The notes beneath the pieces are model-generated. The model had not been told where the DNA came from and searched no databases. It was given only the letters and a program-made list of their open reading frames with translations. Below, piece by piece: positions 40,070-59,434 of a stretch of 64,000 nucleotides of DNA. This stretch comes from the human T2T-CHM13v2.0 reference genome, Homo sapiens. The stretch's first letter is position 1; each line of letters begins with the position of its first letter. The translations under genes and the position numbers were made by a program. The stretch lies in NCBI RefSeq assembly GCF_009914755.1, contig NC_060943.1. The stretch is one strand, 5' to 3'.

Positions 40070-40620
40070 CCATAGCCGGAAGTGGCCTTCCTGAGAGGCG
40101 TGGCTGCGGCACTCTTGCCGGATAGGGTGGCCCGGCGGGGCTAGGAAAGCGTGAAATCTCGCGCGATTGTGCTGCGAAGTCGGGGACGGGGCGGGGCTGG
40201 CGGCGGGGGCGGGGACCCGGAGCGGGAAGATGGCGGCGGCGCAGGAGGCGGACGGGGCCCGCAGCGCCGTGGTGGCGGCCGGGGGAGGCAGCTCCGGTCA
40301 GGTACGGAGGCCGAGAGGGGACTGAGGGGGTTCTTCCCCAGCCGGGGGGCCTCCCACGGGGCGTGTCCTACCTCTTGTCACGGAATCCCGTGCACTGGGG
40401 GCTCCTTGGCCAGAGGGACCTTGAATACCCGGCCCAGGCAGGGCCGGACCGCCCGGGAGGCCGGACGGTGCCGGGAACAGGGCCCTGTTGCGGGTCGGTT
40501 CTCCTGCACGCTCGAGCCGGGCGGCCACCAGGCTCATTGCTCGATCCGGGGAGACAGTGGCTCGGAGGGGCGCAGGCTTGTACCTTGGCGCGCTGGGTTC
40601 TCAACTCCGCGATTCCATGC
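40070..40620 (+). promoter_or_regulatory. CLPTM1: CLPTM1 CpG-island promoter
   Basis: CpG-dense region with ETS/GABP CCGGAAGTG at 40076-40084, TCTCGCGCGA at 40157-40166, GC boxes, and a YY1 AAGATGGCGGC over the ATG. An NRF1-like GCGCATGCGT lies at 39556-39565. Confidence 0.88.
40230..40301 (+). CDS. CLPTM1: CLPTM1 exon 1
   Basis: Encodes MAAAQEADGARSAVVAAGGGSSGQ; donor cag|gtacgg. Confidence 0.95.
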
Positions 40621-41733
40621 TCTGAGGCCGTTCCTAGAGTGGTCTGGCGTTCAGGTCTCGTTGTAGTGTTTGAGGTGTGCGCAGTGATTAATTGGGAGTT
40701 TTCTAGCTGTGGGGAAGTCAGTATTAGCAGGGCACGGCCGACAGACCCATTTTACAGACGGGAATTCAAGGAACAGTGAGACTAAGGCGCTTCTAGAAGG
40801 TCATCCTGGTTAGGTTTGTAACTTTATGTAGAAGTTACAAGACACTGCTGACACAGGGACTGGTATGGTTGTGGTTTTAATGTAAAATAGTTCTATGGGT
40901 TAATTAGTCCTGGTGCGGATGACTTCTGCCCCACTGCTGTCTTAACACACTGCAGAGCATACCATTTCAGGCAGCTACCGTTCAGGCATTTGGGGAATAG
41001 ATGGAGAGACATGAAGGTGCTGTCGACCCACCCACTGGGATGTCACTGACATGTGGGAGGCAGCTCAGGGGAAAGGAGTGCGGGTTGAGAGGGGAGAATG
41101 AAGCTGACTCTCTGTGTGACCTTGGGCAAGTTCCTTTCCCTCTTTAGGCCTTTATCTCTCCCGTGTTAAATGCAGAGGTTGGACAGGAGGGCCAGCCATA
41201 TCCCTGCTGTCAGGGGACGAAGAGAGGAGACTGACATGTAAACAGTTATAATCCTGAATGATTAGGTTGGTGACAAAAGTCTGTGTCAGGGACTGGGGGA
41301 GCCCAGAGAAAGAGCAAGTGGTATCACTTGGGTAGGACACATGGATGAAATTTGTGTGATAGAGCCCACTGTATCTGCTCTGAATCTTTTCAGCATTCTC
41401 AGCCAGGGCCTGGCTTCAGGGACAGCTCAGGAAATGTTTGTTGAGTTAGTGCTGGAATGAAGGCTCAGTTCCTGTCTTCAAGGGTTTCCCAGTCTTGCTG
41501 AAAGGAGGTCGTTTCCCCTCTGGGTTTCTGTTGATTATTGGGTTGATGGTGGCTTGAGAGACCAGGGCCCAGGTTGTTCTCATTGCCCTGAGCTTCCAGA
41601 TGGCACTCTGATCTTCTCTTGTACCAACTCTGCTTAAAAACAATCAAGAGTTACCCCTTTGCCTTTAGGACAAAGTACAAATTCTTTAATAAATCACAGT
41701 CTTGCACGATCCGACACTTTTCTTCAGACTAGA

Positions 41734-41960
41734 CTAGGATTTCTCGAGCTCGGCACTATCAACATTTTGAATTGGATAATGCTTTGTTTGGGGGGCTGCC
41801 CTGTGCATTTTAGGATGTTTAGCAGCATCCGTGGCCTCTACGCACTAGATGTCAGTAGGATCCACGCCCCTCCCCAGTTGTGACAACCATATATGTCTCC
41901 AGACATTGCCAAATGTTCCAAGAGCAGGGGGGCAAAGCCATCCCTGCGTGAGAACAACTG
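41734..41960 (+). mobile_element. MER20 DNA transposon (hAT-Charlie)
   Basis: ggcactatcaacattttg..ggataat..ggggggctgccctgtgcattttaggatgtttagcagcatcc..ccagttgtgacaacc..tccagacattgccaaatgt..gagaacaactg. Confidence 0.85.
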
Positions 41961-43113
41961 CGCTAAAGGGGATCCGCTGCTCTGAACCTATTTTATTTCT
42001 AAACCTCTTTTATTGCCTCTCAGTCTCTTTCCTCATAGTCTATGCACAGGTCTCTCCCCTCTTTAGCTAGTTGATGTGTATTAGTCCTACAGATTTCAGA
42101 TGTCCCTTCCTGCAGAAAGCCCTCTTTGACTGTCTGGGCTCCGCTGTCCCAGCCCTGCCCTACTGGGTTTCACTGTCTGGGGACTGGGAACCCCAGGAGG
42201 GCAGAGCCAGGACTGCCTTGATCACCACTGCTTCCTTAGCACCACTCAGCTCAGCGCCAGGCACAGAGGAGGTGCTCAGTGTTTGTGGAATGAGCGGATC
42301 TTGAAACAGAGGCTGGGCTGAGGTGGAATTCCCTGATGCCATGGTGGATCCAGGTAATCAGTGAAGACATGCCGCAAAACCTAGCTTCCTCCTGCTCTTG
42401 CCTAGCCCTGGTGGTCTCAGCTACTTCTTGGACCCTTTAGCAGATGTTGCTGGGGATTGTGTGTGTGCGTGGACGTGCAGATCCGAGAGCAGGAACTGTG
42501 TCTTAGTCACTGATGTGTCCACAGCCACTGCCACCCTTCTCCCATGCCCAGGGCCTAGTGCACAGCAGGCACACCCTCTGCACAGTCTGCTGCTTTAGCT
42601 AGCCTGCTCCTGTAGCCAGGAACTCGGACACAGAACCCACAGCTTTGCCATTCCTTCCTTCAGCGAATGCGAATTGAGTCTACTCCATGCTAGGCCTTTG
42701 CTGATGCTGGAGATACAGCTGTGAATAAAATAGGTGCTGCCCTCTTGAAGGCCCTTACACTTATGTTCTAGTTGGAGCTGAATTTATAGGGGAAGCACAG
42801 ACAGGGACACACAGTGAACAAGATAAATAAGAAAAACAGCAGTTCAGATGGCTCTGCGTGCCATGGACAGAAATAAAGCTGGGATGGGGATAGGAAGTGA
42901 GGGGTGGGTAGAAGAGTTCCAATTAAATAGGGTAGTCTAGAAGGCCTCTCTGAGGAGGTGACGCTTGAACAAAGACCTGAAGGAAGTGAGAGAGGGAGTC
43001 CCAAAGATACACGAGGGAAAAGCTTTTCAGGCAAAGGAGCAGCCAGTGCGAAGGCCCTAAAGTGGGAGGTGCCTGGTGTGATGAAGGAAGGGCGAGGAGG
43101 CTGGAGCGGGTGA

Positions 43114-43518
<405 letters not shown>

Positions 43519-44071
43519 TAGATGGTATAACGTTCACCTGTTCTTAGGATAGAGTCCATTGGCTCCTGGTCCATTTATGCAGTTGTGTGGTGCAGCCATC
43601 ACCACAGTCTGGTCTGAGAAAGCTTCTGTCCCCTCAAAAAGTTCCCTTTTACAGTCTCTGCTGCTCCCAATCCTAGGCAGCCACAGAGGTGCTATCTCTG
43701 TAATTTTCTAAAAATGTCTTAAACAAGGATCTAAACAACATCCAGTCTTTTGTGTCCAGCTTCTTTCATTGGGCATAATGGGTTTGAGGTTCATGTTGTT
43801 ACATAGATCTGCAGTTGTTCATTTTTATTTTATTTTTTACAACCTAGGATCAGGGAAATTTGGCCTTTGGGGAAATCCTAAAGTACGTGCTCACAGTTGT
43901 TCCTTTTCACTGCTCAGTGGTAGTCTGCAGACATGACACAGTTTATTCTTTCAGTCCTTGAAGGATATTTGGATTGTTTTTAGTTTTTGTCTGTTGCCAA
44001 TAATGCTGCTATGAACATTCATGTACAGGCTTTTCTGTGGCTGTATTTTGTTTCTTTTTTTTTTTTTCTAA

Positions 44072-44230
<159 letters not shown>

Positions 44231-46796
44231 TAGGCTGGAGTGCAGTGGTGTGATCCTGGTTCACTGTAGCCTCATTCTCCAAGGCTCAATTGATCCTCCC
44301 GTCTCAGCCTCCTGAGTAGCTGGGACCACAGGCATGCACTACCACACCTGGCTAATTTTTGTATTTTTATAGAGATGAGGTCTTGCTGTGTTGCCCAGGC
44401 TGGTCTTGAACTCCTGGGCTCAAGCAGTCTTCCTGCCTTGGCCTCCTGAAGTTCTGGGATTATAGGCGTGAGCCACTGCGCCTGGTCTGGCTTCATGTTT
44501 TCTGCCTCCTGGGTAGCCATTCAGGATGGGTTTGCTGGATTGTGTAGTAGGTGCACATATGACTTGTTCAATAACTGCCATATTTTCCGAAGTAGCTGTA
44601 CTTTTACTTTCCCCCCTAGCAGCATACGAGGGTTCCTGTTTTTCCACATCCCTGCCAGCACTTGTGATTGTCTTTCTGCTGATAGCCATCCTAATAGGTG
44701 TGAAGTGACACCTCATTGTGGTTTTAACTTGCCTTTCCGTGGGAAGGTTCCCAGCCAGATTGCCCATCACTAACGGGTAAGCGAAGAGACCTGGGAGTCA
44801 GTCAGATGCAGCTTCAAATCCTGACCTGGCATCAAGTGTCCTTTCCTGACCCCAAATCAGCTCAGACCCATTGAAACCCATACTTGGACCCCTAAATTTC
44901 CCAATAGCTAGGCTGGCCTTGAGGAGGGGGCCTTGTGCCTGTCTGATTTCCCTTCCCCAGCCGACCCCCGCCCCATAGATCTCCTCATCAGAATGTGGCT
45001 TTCTCTGTCTCAGCCTAAGGGTCTCACCCAGACGACCCAGACGTCAAAGGGAGCTCCTCAGGGAGGCCTCTCTGACCACCCACTCCAAAGTGGATCCCTG
45101 TTCCCAACTCAGTTGCTGTCACTTCCCCCTGCTTGTTTTCCATGTACCATTTTTAATTATCCTGTTTACCGTTCTAGTGTGTTTCCTTCTAGATCCCCAG
45201 CTCTGGGTAAGCAGGGCCCAGATTTCTGTCTAAAATGTTCCAGTATTTTCACAACCTGGTCCACAGGTCAGAGAGGTGAAGTGATGTGCCCAAGGTGTCA
45301 CAGCCAAGAACGGTGGGACCAGGACTATAGCTGAGGTCTGTTTGACCCTGGAGCCCCTCCAATGGTGTCCTGTGCTTTGGGAGATTACAGGAAAGAGCTC
45401 TTGCTGGTGAAGGGGACAGGAGGTGACAAGTGACACATTTAACACATGTAGCCCCTCTAACCATGCTCCTGGGACATTTGCTATCTGGTGGGTAAGGTGA
45501 ATGGAGAAAACATTGCAGAGGAGTGGACTAGGGGCTGTGGAGGAGAGGGCCAGACACTGGAGCCTCAGAGGGAAGTGGGTTTGGGTGACCTGAGCGTCCG
45601 GGGTGAGTCCTTCAGGCAGCGGTGGCCACACAGGTGTTTATCACAGCCTTGCTCTGTGCCACTGGTGCTCTTGAGCTAACTGTGACTGTGATAGCCCTGG
45701 TCCTGCCTCTTGAAGGCTGATGGCTGAGGGGACAGCTGGGAGGAGGGGTGAATGAGAACAGGACTGGGGAGCTAGCAGGGTGCGTGAAGGGTGAGCAGAA
45801 CATCCCCTTCCAAACCTGGCATTCAGAGAGTCTCTGATTGTGACCTTCTGTGTCTGAGTGAAGAGTCCTCCTCTGGGAAGCCGTGCCTGGCTCCCTTGCC
45901 TGCCCCCCTTCCCTTCTGTCATTCTGCTTCTGCGGTCCTTCCTGAGTGACCAGACAAGTGGCTTCACCTCTCTGAGCCTCCCTTTGCTCAGCAGCCGGAT
46001 GGAGCTGGTCATAGTTTTGGCCTCAGGATTAGTGTGCTGTGTGCTGTCACAGACATGTCTTGTGGCCGTGGCTTATGGTAGCAGCTGATAGTCTGGTTGT
46101 GTTTTTCTGTGTCTGTCCCACCTGCTGGACCAGGGGCCCTTGGAGGGCAGGGTTGGCCACAGAGGGGGCCTCAGGAATGGTTTGCCCAGGGAAGGCTCTT
46201 TCAGCTAAGCCCCAGCCTTGAAGAATCTGGCACCTGCCATAAGACTCCTTCTGTTGTTGTCCCCAATAGCCACCTCCTTGCATCCTGGCTCCAGCCCCAG
46301 GGAACAGTGGACAGTCATCAGAATCAGACTGTGCCTCTAATCTTCTGTTTCTGCACCTGCTGCTTCTCTCACTTCCTCCTTTGTGCCACCAACTTGCTAT
46401 GTTTTAGGTCTCAGCTTCAATGCCCCCTTCTCCAGGAAGTTGCCCCGAACCCTAGACTGGACCAGGTGCCTCTCAGGGCTCCTGCATTCCTGCCCCGTTC
46501 TGGACAGTCACTGTCTAGAGATGAATCTTTCTCCCCCACCGGGCTGTTAAACCCCAGGAGGACAGCAAAAGACTCTCTAGGTCACCACTGTCCCTAGGTC
46601 ACAGAGGTGCTCTGCGAGTGTTTTCCTCCTAAAAGAAGAGGACCGCACCTTCCCAGGTGTTTTCACTGATTCATTCTCCAGTTATTGATAAGCACCCACT
46701 CTTTGCCCAGCCTGTGCCTGGCCTTCATGCATGATGGTGTCTAAGACAGCCCCCGTGTCCATTCTCCCTCCTTACCCTGGCCTCTGTCCCCCACAG

Positions 46797-46909
46797 GTGA
46801 CCAGCAATGGCAGCATCGGGAGGGACCCGCCAGCGGAGACCCAGCCTCAGAACCCACCGGCCCAGCCGGCACCCAATGCCTGGCAGGTCATCAAAGGTGT
46901 GCTGTTTAG
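46797..46909 (+). CDS. CLPTM1: CLPTM1 exon 2
   Basis: Encodes VTSNGSIGRDPPAETQPQNPPAQPAPNAWQVIKGVLF(R); AG/GT flanks. Confidence 0.95.
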
Positions 46910-47175
46910 GTGAGCAGACGGGACTTGGGTTTGTTCACCGAAACATTCAAATAAAAATAAGGAAGAAAGGAAAAGTCAGCTGATCAGCTGAGGATGGTGA
47001 TCATTACTGTATGGTAGAGTTGCTTTTTTTCTTTTTTTTTTTGTATGATGGAATGTTTTCTAAACCTTTTTTTTACTCTGGTAAAACATACTGAAGTAGG
47101 GAGTCTCCCTGAACCTGTTCTGGTTTTTGGGGGGCTACCTGATTTGTGAAAAAATAAAAACACAAAAAATACTGA

Positions 47176-49266
<2,091 letters not shown>

Positions 49267-50107
49267 TGAGTAACTGGGACTACAGGCACCTGCCACCACG
49301 CCTGGCTAATTTTTGTATTTTTAGTGGAGATGGGGTTTTGCCGTGTTGGCCAGGCTGGTCTCTCTGACCTCAGGTGATCCACCCGCCTCAGCCTCCTAAA
49401 GTCCTGGGATTATAGGCGTGAGCCACCACGCTTGGCCCATTTTAACCATTTTTAAGTATGTAGTCCTGTGGCATTAAGTACATCTCCACTGTTGTGCCCC
49501 CATCACCATTATCCATCCCGAGAATTTACTCTTCCCAAACTGAAATTCCATACCCATCAGACACAAGCTTCCCATTTCTTCCTCCTTGCAACACCTGGCA
49601 GCCACTTTTCTATTTCCTGTCTCTCTTTCACTACTCTAGTTAGCTCCTGTATGTGGAATCAGACAGCATTTGTCCTTCTGTGACTGCCTGGTGGTGACCC
49701 TTTTACCTGTGGGTTCACATGCTATTCCTGGGCAGTGGGACCCCAGGGCCTGTTTTTTCAAAGCCCAGCTTCTGTTTGAGGCCCTGGGGAGATGCTGGGT
49801 GGTGGCGGGGGAATATGCTTGGCACTGGGTTCTATCCTTCCTGCCTAGACCTAGTGACAGTCACCTTCTTTGCTCTGAGCCTTTGTTTACTCCTCTGCAA
49901 AATAGATATTCCTTTTATTTTTTTTTTGCTTTTTGGAGATGTATTTTAGCAAAATAAGAGACCACACCATGCAGTTAGGCAATCAGCTTCCCTACTTATG
50001 AGATAGAAGGAATTGCACAGCAGAGATGTTTACAACAATCATCCCGCCAGGTGCGGTGGCTCACGCCTGCAATCCCAGCACTTTGGGAGACCGAGGCAGG
50101 CAGATCA

Positions 50108-50374
<267 letters not shown>

Positions 50375-51050
50375 TCACGCCTGTAATCCCAGCACTTTGG
50401 GAGGCCAAGGCAAGCAGATCACGAGGTCAGGAGATCGAGACCATCCTGGCTAACACAGTGAAACGCCGTCTCTACTGAAAATACAAAAAAATTAGCCAGG
50501 TGTGGTGGCGGGCGCCTGTAGTCCCAGCTACTCAGGAGGCTGAGGCAAGAGAATGGTGTGAACCCAGGAGGCGGAGCTTACAGTGAGCCCAGGTGGTGCC
50601 ACTGCACTCCAGCCTAGGCGACAGCGAGACTCCGTCTCAAAAAATAAAACAAAAATAAAAAAATAAAACAATCATTCCTTTGGCTAGAATGTCTTCACAT
50701 GGCCATGGCCAGCTGCACGGGAGGCTGGGAAATGTGGTCTTTAATCTGGGAAACTGAGCACCCTGCTGGAAAGCAGGGCTCCTATTACTGAGGAAGAAGA
50801 GGAGAGTGGTTATGGGGGGCAGCTACTTATCTCTTCCATAAAATCTTATTACTGGTTTCCCTTAGCTTATAAATTATGAGTGTTTATTTTACAAAATTAA
50901 GTAGTTCAAACAATACGAAGAGTGAAAAGAAAAAGCTAATGAAAAAGTGTAATGTGGGCCGGGCGCGGTGGCTCACGCCTGTAATCCCAGCACTTTGGGA
51001 GGCCGAGGTGGGTGGATCACGAGGTTAGGAGATCGAGACCATCCTGGCTA

Positions 51051-51359
<309 letters not shown>

Positions 51360-51507
51360 TTAGGAGGCGGGGGGCAGGTAGTGTCAGATAGCGTGTAAGA
51401 GCACAGCCCTGCTGACATCTCAGCCCTGCCACCTCTGAGCTCTGTGGCCTGGTCAGGTTATCACCCTTCTTGAGCCTCATTTTCCACCTCACAGACAGGA
51501 ATCTTGA

Positions 51508-51876
<369 letters not shown>

Positions 51877-51994
51877 TAGCCAGGATAGTCTCGATCTCCT
51901 GACCTCGCTATCCACGCACCTCGGGCTCCCAAAGTGCTGGGATTACAGGCGTGAGCCACCGCGCCTATCCTGACCCCATCTCTGTAAAAAACTA

Positions 51995-52222
<228 letters not shown>

Positions 52223-52225
52223 TCA

Positions 52226-52537
<312 letters not shown>

Positions 52538-54481
52538 CTAGACTAGAGCAGAACTGCCTGCCTGGTGTCCTCCAAGAGTGTCACACAGGACACTGAGAAA
52601 CTGCAGGAAAGAAACCTCCCCACTCTGTTAAGTTGCAAAACTGACATGTGTGCCTCAAAAATTCCTGCCATGTGCCCTACGCTTCTCAGTCATGCGCCCC
52701 TGTCCCTTACCGTCTCCACTTCACCTCCCCTCCCCATGGCCACGTAAAGACTTCAGATTTTCTTATATATCACCTTCTTTTTTTTCATGCTGCAAGCAGC
52801 TCTGCATGAAAATTATTTTTATCTTTCCCTTCATTTTTACATAAGAGGTAGCCTGTTTTACACACTGTTCTGCTCCTTGATTTTTTTCATTAACAATATA
52901 TCTTTGAAATCTTTCCACGTCAGTGCATAGGGAGCTTCCTTCAGAGAGACATTTTTAATACAAGTCACACTGTAGGCTAATTTCCTTTCTTAGAACTAGG
53001 CAGCATCAAACATCAGTTCGGGTGGGTGCTCGGAGACCATCTTGGCTGCAGTTCTTAAAATGGGATCCAGGGTTTGTTTTCAGGGGCCCATGAACTCCTT
53101 GTAGCTTGAAGCTGATTATGTGGGAATAGCCTTTCTAGATAGCGGGTGGCGTCTGTGTTTTTGAGCACATGTGGTTACCTGGAGTGGGAGGTGGAGCAGG
53201 AACTGGGTATATAAAGGAATGGGGTGGGAGGGAGAGTTTTGATTATACGTCTTTTCATATATTTAAAAATGTTCTGAACCTGTGACTGTAGAATACCTAT
53301 TTGGGTGGGAGAAAGGATTTAATGTCTGTTTTCTTTGCTTACTCAAGTACATCAGGAAGCATTAGAAAGGTCCAGTCTCCTGCAGGCCTGGGTGCATGGA
53401 TGAGGGGCCATGGCCATGAGCCCTCTGAGAGGGTCCACAGAACTGTGGGCGTGTGGATACACACAGACGTTCTTCAGGGGACTGGGGATCTGGAATCCAA
53501 AAAGGCCTGGCCTTGTTTTATACATGGGGATCTAGAAGCCCAGAGGGGTTAGGACCCCCACAGCCACACACTAAGCCAGGGGCAGAGCTGCCTGGGGGCA
53601 TCACTGCTTCTACACTCTCCCCTGGTGTGTTTACTAAAATGAGAGCCTCTGCTGGAGGCATCGGTATCCCCAGAGATTGCCAGGTCCAGACCTTCCCCAG
53701 ACGTGCATATCAGGGACTTCATGGGGAGGTAGCGATGGCTCAGCTGGACCGTGGCCCCTAAGACCCTGGACCCCAGGGCCTTGTGGCTTCTACAGGCAGA
53801 GGCAAGTTCCTGTGCCTGATCCTGCCCCTGATCAGGGCTCAGCAGGGAGGCACCCCACCCACACTAGAATTTACTCATAGTGTTTTTCTGCTCCAAAGTT
53901 TTTTGTATGCCTTTTTCCTATGATTAAAATAACAGTAATAGCTAACACTTCTCAGTCACTTACTGGGTATGCACCAGGCTCCATTCTGAGGTACGTGTGC
54001 GTGTGTCAGATGTATATACACGCTATATAAACATATATATAATTTAATGTGTTTAATGCTTATAAACTACCCTATGAGAGTAGGCACTGTTATTATCCCC
54101 ATTTCAACCATTGAAGTTGACCACTGAGGTCACAGTAAGTAGCAGAGCTGGGCTTCAGATGAAGATACTGTAGTTTAGAGGCTGGGCTCATAACCTCTTC
54201 TGCTGTATGGTTATCATACCTATAATTAATAAGTACTTGAATCATTTAATCACATGGCTGCATGCAGCTGAGAAACCTCCATTAACACAGTACAGGTTCA
54301 TTTCTCTCTGATATACCAGTCTGGATGGAGGCAGACTAGGATTCTGCAGTCTTCAGTGACCCAGACTCCTTGCTGTTTGTTGTGCCATTGCTAGGTTTTT
54401 CCCTTTATCCTCATAGCCCAAGACAGCTGCTGAAGATTCAGCCATCACATCCACACTCCAGGCAACAGGAGAGAAGAATAA

Positions 54482-54938
<457 letters not shown>

Positions 54939-55593
54939 TGAGCATATTTTCCTACAGAGAGGATTGCCTTTGCTTCTGCCTGGGGGCATTACCAAGTCCT
55001 AGGTTTCCTTGCACCAGGTTCAGGGCTTGAGCTGCCCTTCGTGACTCCTTATCCCACGAGTGGCCTTGCATACTTCGCCCTGCATACCTGTTGTGCAACT
55101 CCTGGGAATGGGTAGGCCACCTGGTTCCTTCCTTCTCAGGGGTGGAGGCTTGCACCTTGTGGGGTCTTAGTTTCCTATAGGGTAGGTCTCTGGTTACCTC
55201 ATATGTTGTATGTGCCCTGGGCTAGCATTTTTTTTTTTTTTTTTTGAGACAGGGTCTCACTCTGTTGCCCAGGCTGGAGTGCAGTGGCATGATCGTGGTT
55301 CACTGCAGCCTCGACCTCCTGGGCTCAGGTGATTCTCCCACCTCAGCCTCCTGAGTAGCTGGGAATATAGGCATGGTGCGTGCTGCCATGCCTGGCTAAT
55401 TTTTGTATTTTTTGTAGAAACTGTGTGTTGCCCAGGCTGGTCTCAAACTCCTGGGCTCAAGCAATCCACCTACCTCAGCCTCCCAGCGTGCTGGGGTTAC
55501 AGGTGTGAGCCACCGCGCCCAGCCTAGGCCAGCATTTTTGTCACCCACCAAAACACCTAGCAGATGTCCTCGGACACATGAAGAAGCTTATAG

Positions 55594-56004
<411 letters not shown>

Positions 56005-56491
56005 TGAAGGTTTGGTAACCTACAGTCGTGTCCATTCTTCAGAGCTGTCTATTTATATATATTCATATGTAAACTTGATAAAAATTACATGCATGAGAAC
56101 AAATACGAGAATACGTGAGCAGCATATATTCTCATTCTATCAATATGTATAATTACAAATATAAAATATATTGATATTTTCTTAGTGTATTAATTTTATC
56201 AAGCTTTTCCAATTTTTTCCAGTGAGAGGGTTGGTCTGAATAATTAAGCCTACTGTTACTAAAATTGGAACTAACGTATCACTTACTATCTGCTTCTCCA
56301 AAAATTCTCCAAAAGTTCAGAAATGTTGCTCTTTCTAAGCTTCTGTGCCTTCGGTTCTTTTCCTTTTCTTTTTTAAAAAATTTAATTAATTAATTGATTA
56401 ATTTTTTGGGGACAAGCTCTCTATCTCCCAGGCTGGAGTGCAGTGGTGCAATCACGTCTCACTGCAGCCTTGACCGTCAGGGCTCAAGTGA

Positions 56492-56935
<444 letters not shown>

Positions 56936-57042
56936 TGATTTGCCCACTTCAGCCTCCCAAAGTTACAGGCATGAGCCACTGTGCCTGGCCTCTATACTTC
57001 TTAAGTTATTTTAAAATGTGTAATTAAATTACTATTGACTAG

Positions 57043-57359
<317 letters not shown>

Positions 57360-57916
57360 TGAGCCGCCGCGCCCGTCCTCGTTCATTCTATTTTTTGTAG
57401 CCATTAACCATCCCCGGTTCTGTGCTTTTGAAGCGCTAGGATTCCAGATTCTTTCTTTTAAAAATTTTATGTTTATTATTTTTTCTTTATTTCTTTTTTC
57501 TTTTAATTCATCCATCTGCACACTGAAGGGGTTCCAGATTCTTAGTCTCCTCTCGGGGGATCCCAGGGGGCTGGATGGCAGGTTTCCCAGTCTGAGTCAA
57601 GAGTCAGCCCCTGCAGCCCTGTGGTCACCAGGAGCTCCTGCAGGATTTAGAGTCAAGGGTCTGCATGCAGACCAGGGCAGTGCCAGCTACCCCCACACAC
57701 TGGCAAACGGTGGCATCTGGGCTCCCTCCCCAGATGTGGTCTTTAGGGACATCTTATCTCCTTGCCAGCCCTGTGACTACCTTCTCAGGGCCTCCCTGAC
57801 TTGGTCACTAGCCCCAGGTCAGGCGCCAGCATGTGCTAAGTCAGAAGGAAGTCAGGCGGGTCTATGGCGGAGAGCCAAGGCTTGGGGACTCACCACCTTG
57901 CTGCTTCTCTCCTCAG

Positions 57917-58040
57917 GATCTTCATCATCTGGGCCATCAGCAGTTGGTTCCGCCGAGGGCCGGCCCCTCAGGACCAGGCGGGCCCCGGAGGAGCCCCACG
58001 CGTCGCCAGCCGCAACCTGTTCCCCAAAGACACTTTAATG
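57917..58040 (+). CDS. CLPTM1: CLPTM1 exon 3
   Basis: Encodes (R)IFIIWAISSWFRRGPAPQDQAGPGGAPRVASRNLFPKDTLM; phase consistent. Confidence 0.95.
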
Positions 58041-58558
58041 GTAACTGCCGGGTGGTAGGGCAGACTTGGGAGGTGATGGGGTGTGGAGGGGTGGAATGTG
58101 GAGGAGTGATGTCAGCAGTCGGGACAGACCAGGTCCTTGCTCACTGGCAGGTCTAGGAAAACAGGTCCAGGGTTGAGGAACTCTGGGCCCATCCCCAACA
58201 CGTGAGACCTCTGTCACCTGGGTCCATCCCCAGCACATAAAACCTGTGTCACCCAAAAGAAAAAGCAAATTCATTTGGTTAAAATAGGTTAAATCAGGGT
58301 CTTTGGATGTTATATTTCAAAAGTATGTTCAGCCTTTCAGGGTTGCAGAGGGAGATGTGCAAGGGAGAGAGTGTGAGAGGTGGGGAGGGCAGGGAGCCAG
58401 CAGAGGCTGACAGGAGGTGGGCCCGGAAGGAGAGGAGACCTGCACTTCCACAGTGGGCTTGGGCACAGGCAGGGCAGGGCTTCAGGAGCCTCCAGAGCAA
58501 AAGCATTTAGATCTGTCAGTCTAGGCTTTTCTGAGCAAACATGGCCATTGGGGCTTGA

Positions 58559-58954
<396 letters not shown>

Positions 58955-59275
58955 TGACCAGGAAGGCCCAGCAGCCATGAGGGCAGGAGATCATTCAGGG
59001 AGCTCCTGCCCCTTCCTACCCCTAAATTCTAATTGGCAGGCTGGCCAGTCTCCAAGTGTTCTTTGTTCGTTGACTTCACAGGCTCAGACCAGGACAAACA
59101 TGGTGGTATGAGAAAAGAGAAAATATGTCCTCTCTGCTGCTCTTCCTCTCTCCTCTCCCCTGTCCTCCATAATTACTGTTCCCCTGAGTGTGCTGACCGC
59201 TGCCATAGCTCTTTAGCCAGCCTGCAGAGGCTCTGAAGAGCAGGCCTGAGCTCTGTTCCCTTCCTGTCCCAACAG

Positions 59276-59434
59276 AACCTGCATGTGTACATCTCAGAGC
59301 ACGAGCACTTTACAGACTTCAACGCCACGTCGGCACTCTTCTGGGAACAGCACGATCTTGTGTATGGCGACTGGACTAGCGGCGAGAACTCAGACGGCTG
59401 CTACGAGCACTTTGCTGAGCTCGATATCCCACAG
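59276..59434 (+). CDS. CLPTM1: CLPTM1 exon 4
   Basis: Encodes NLHVYISEHEHFTDFNATSALFWEQHDLVYGDWTSGENSDGCYEHFAELDIPQ; 159 bp with AG/GT flanks. Confidence 0.95.

Noticed and set aside
39560-40779. Several ORFs on both strands around the CLPTM1 promoter
   Set aside because: Stop-poor GC-rich sequence; only the ATG at 40230 links to the downstream exons. Alternative upstream first exons cannot be judged from sequence alone.
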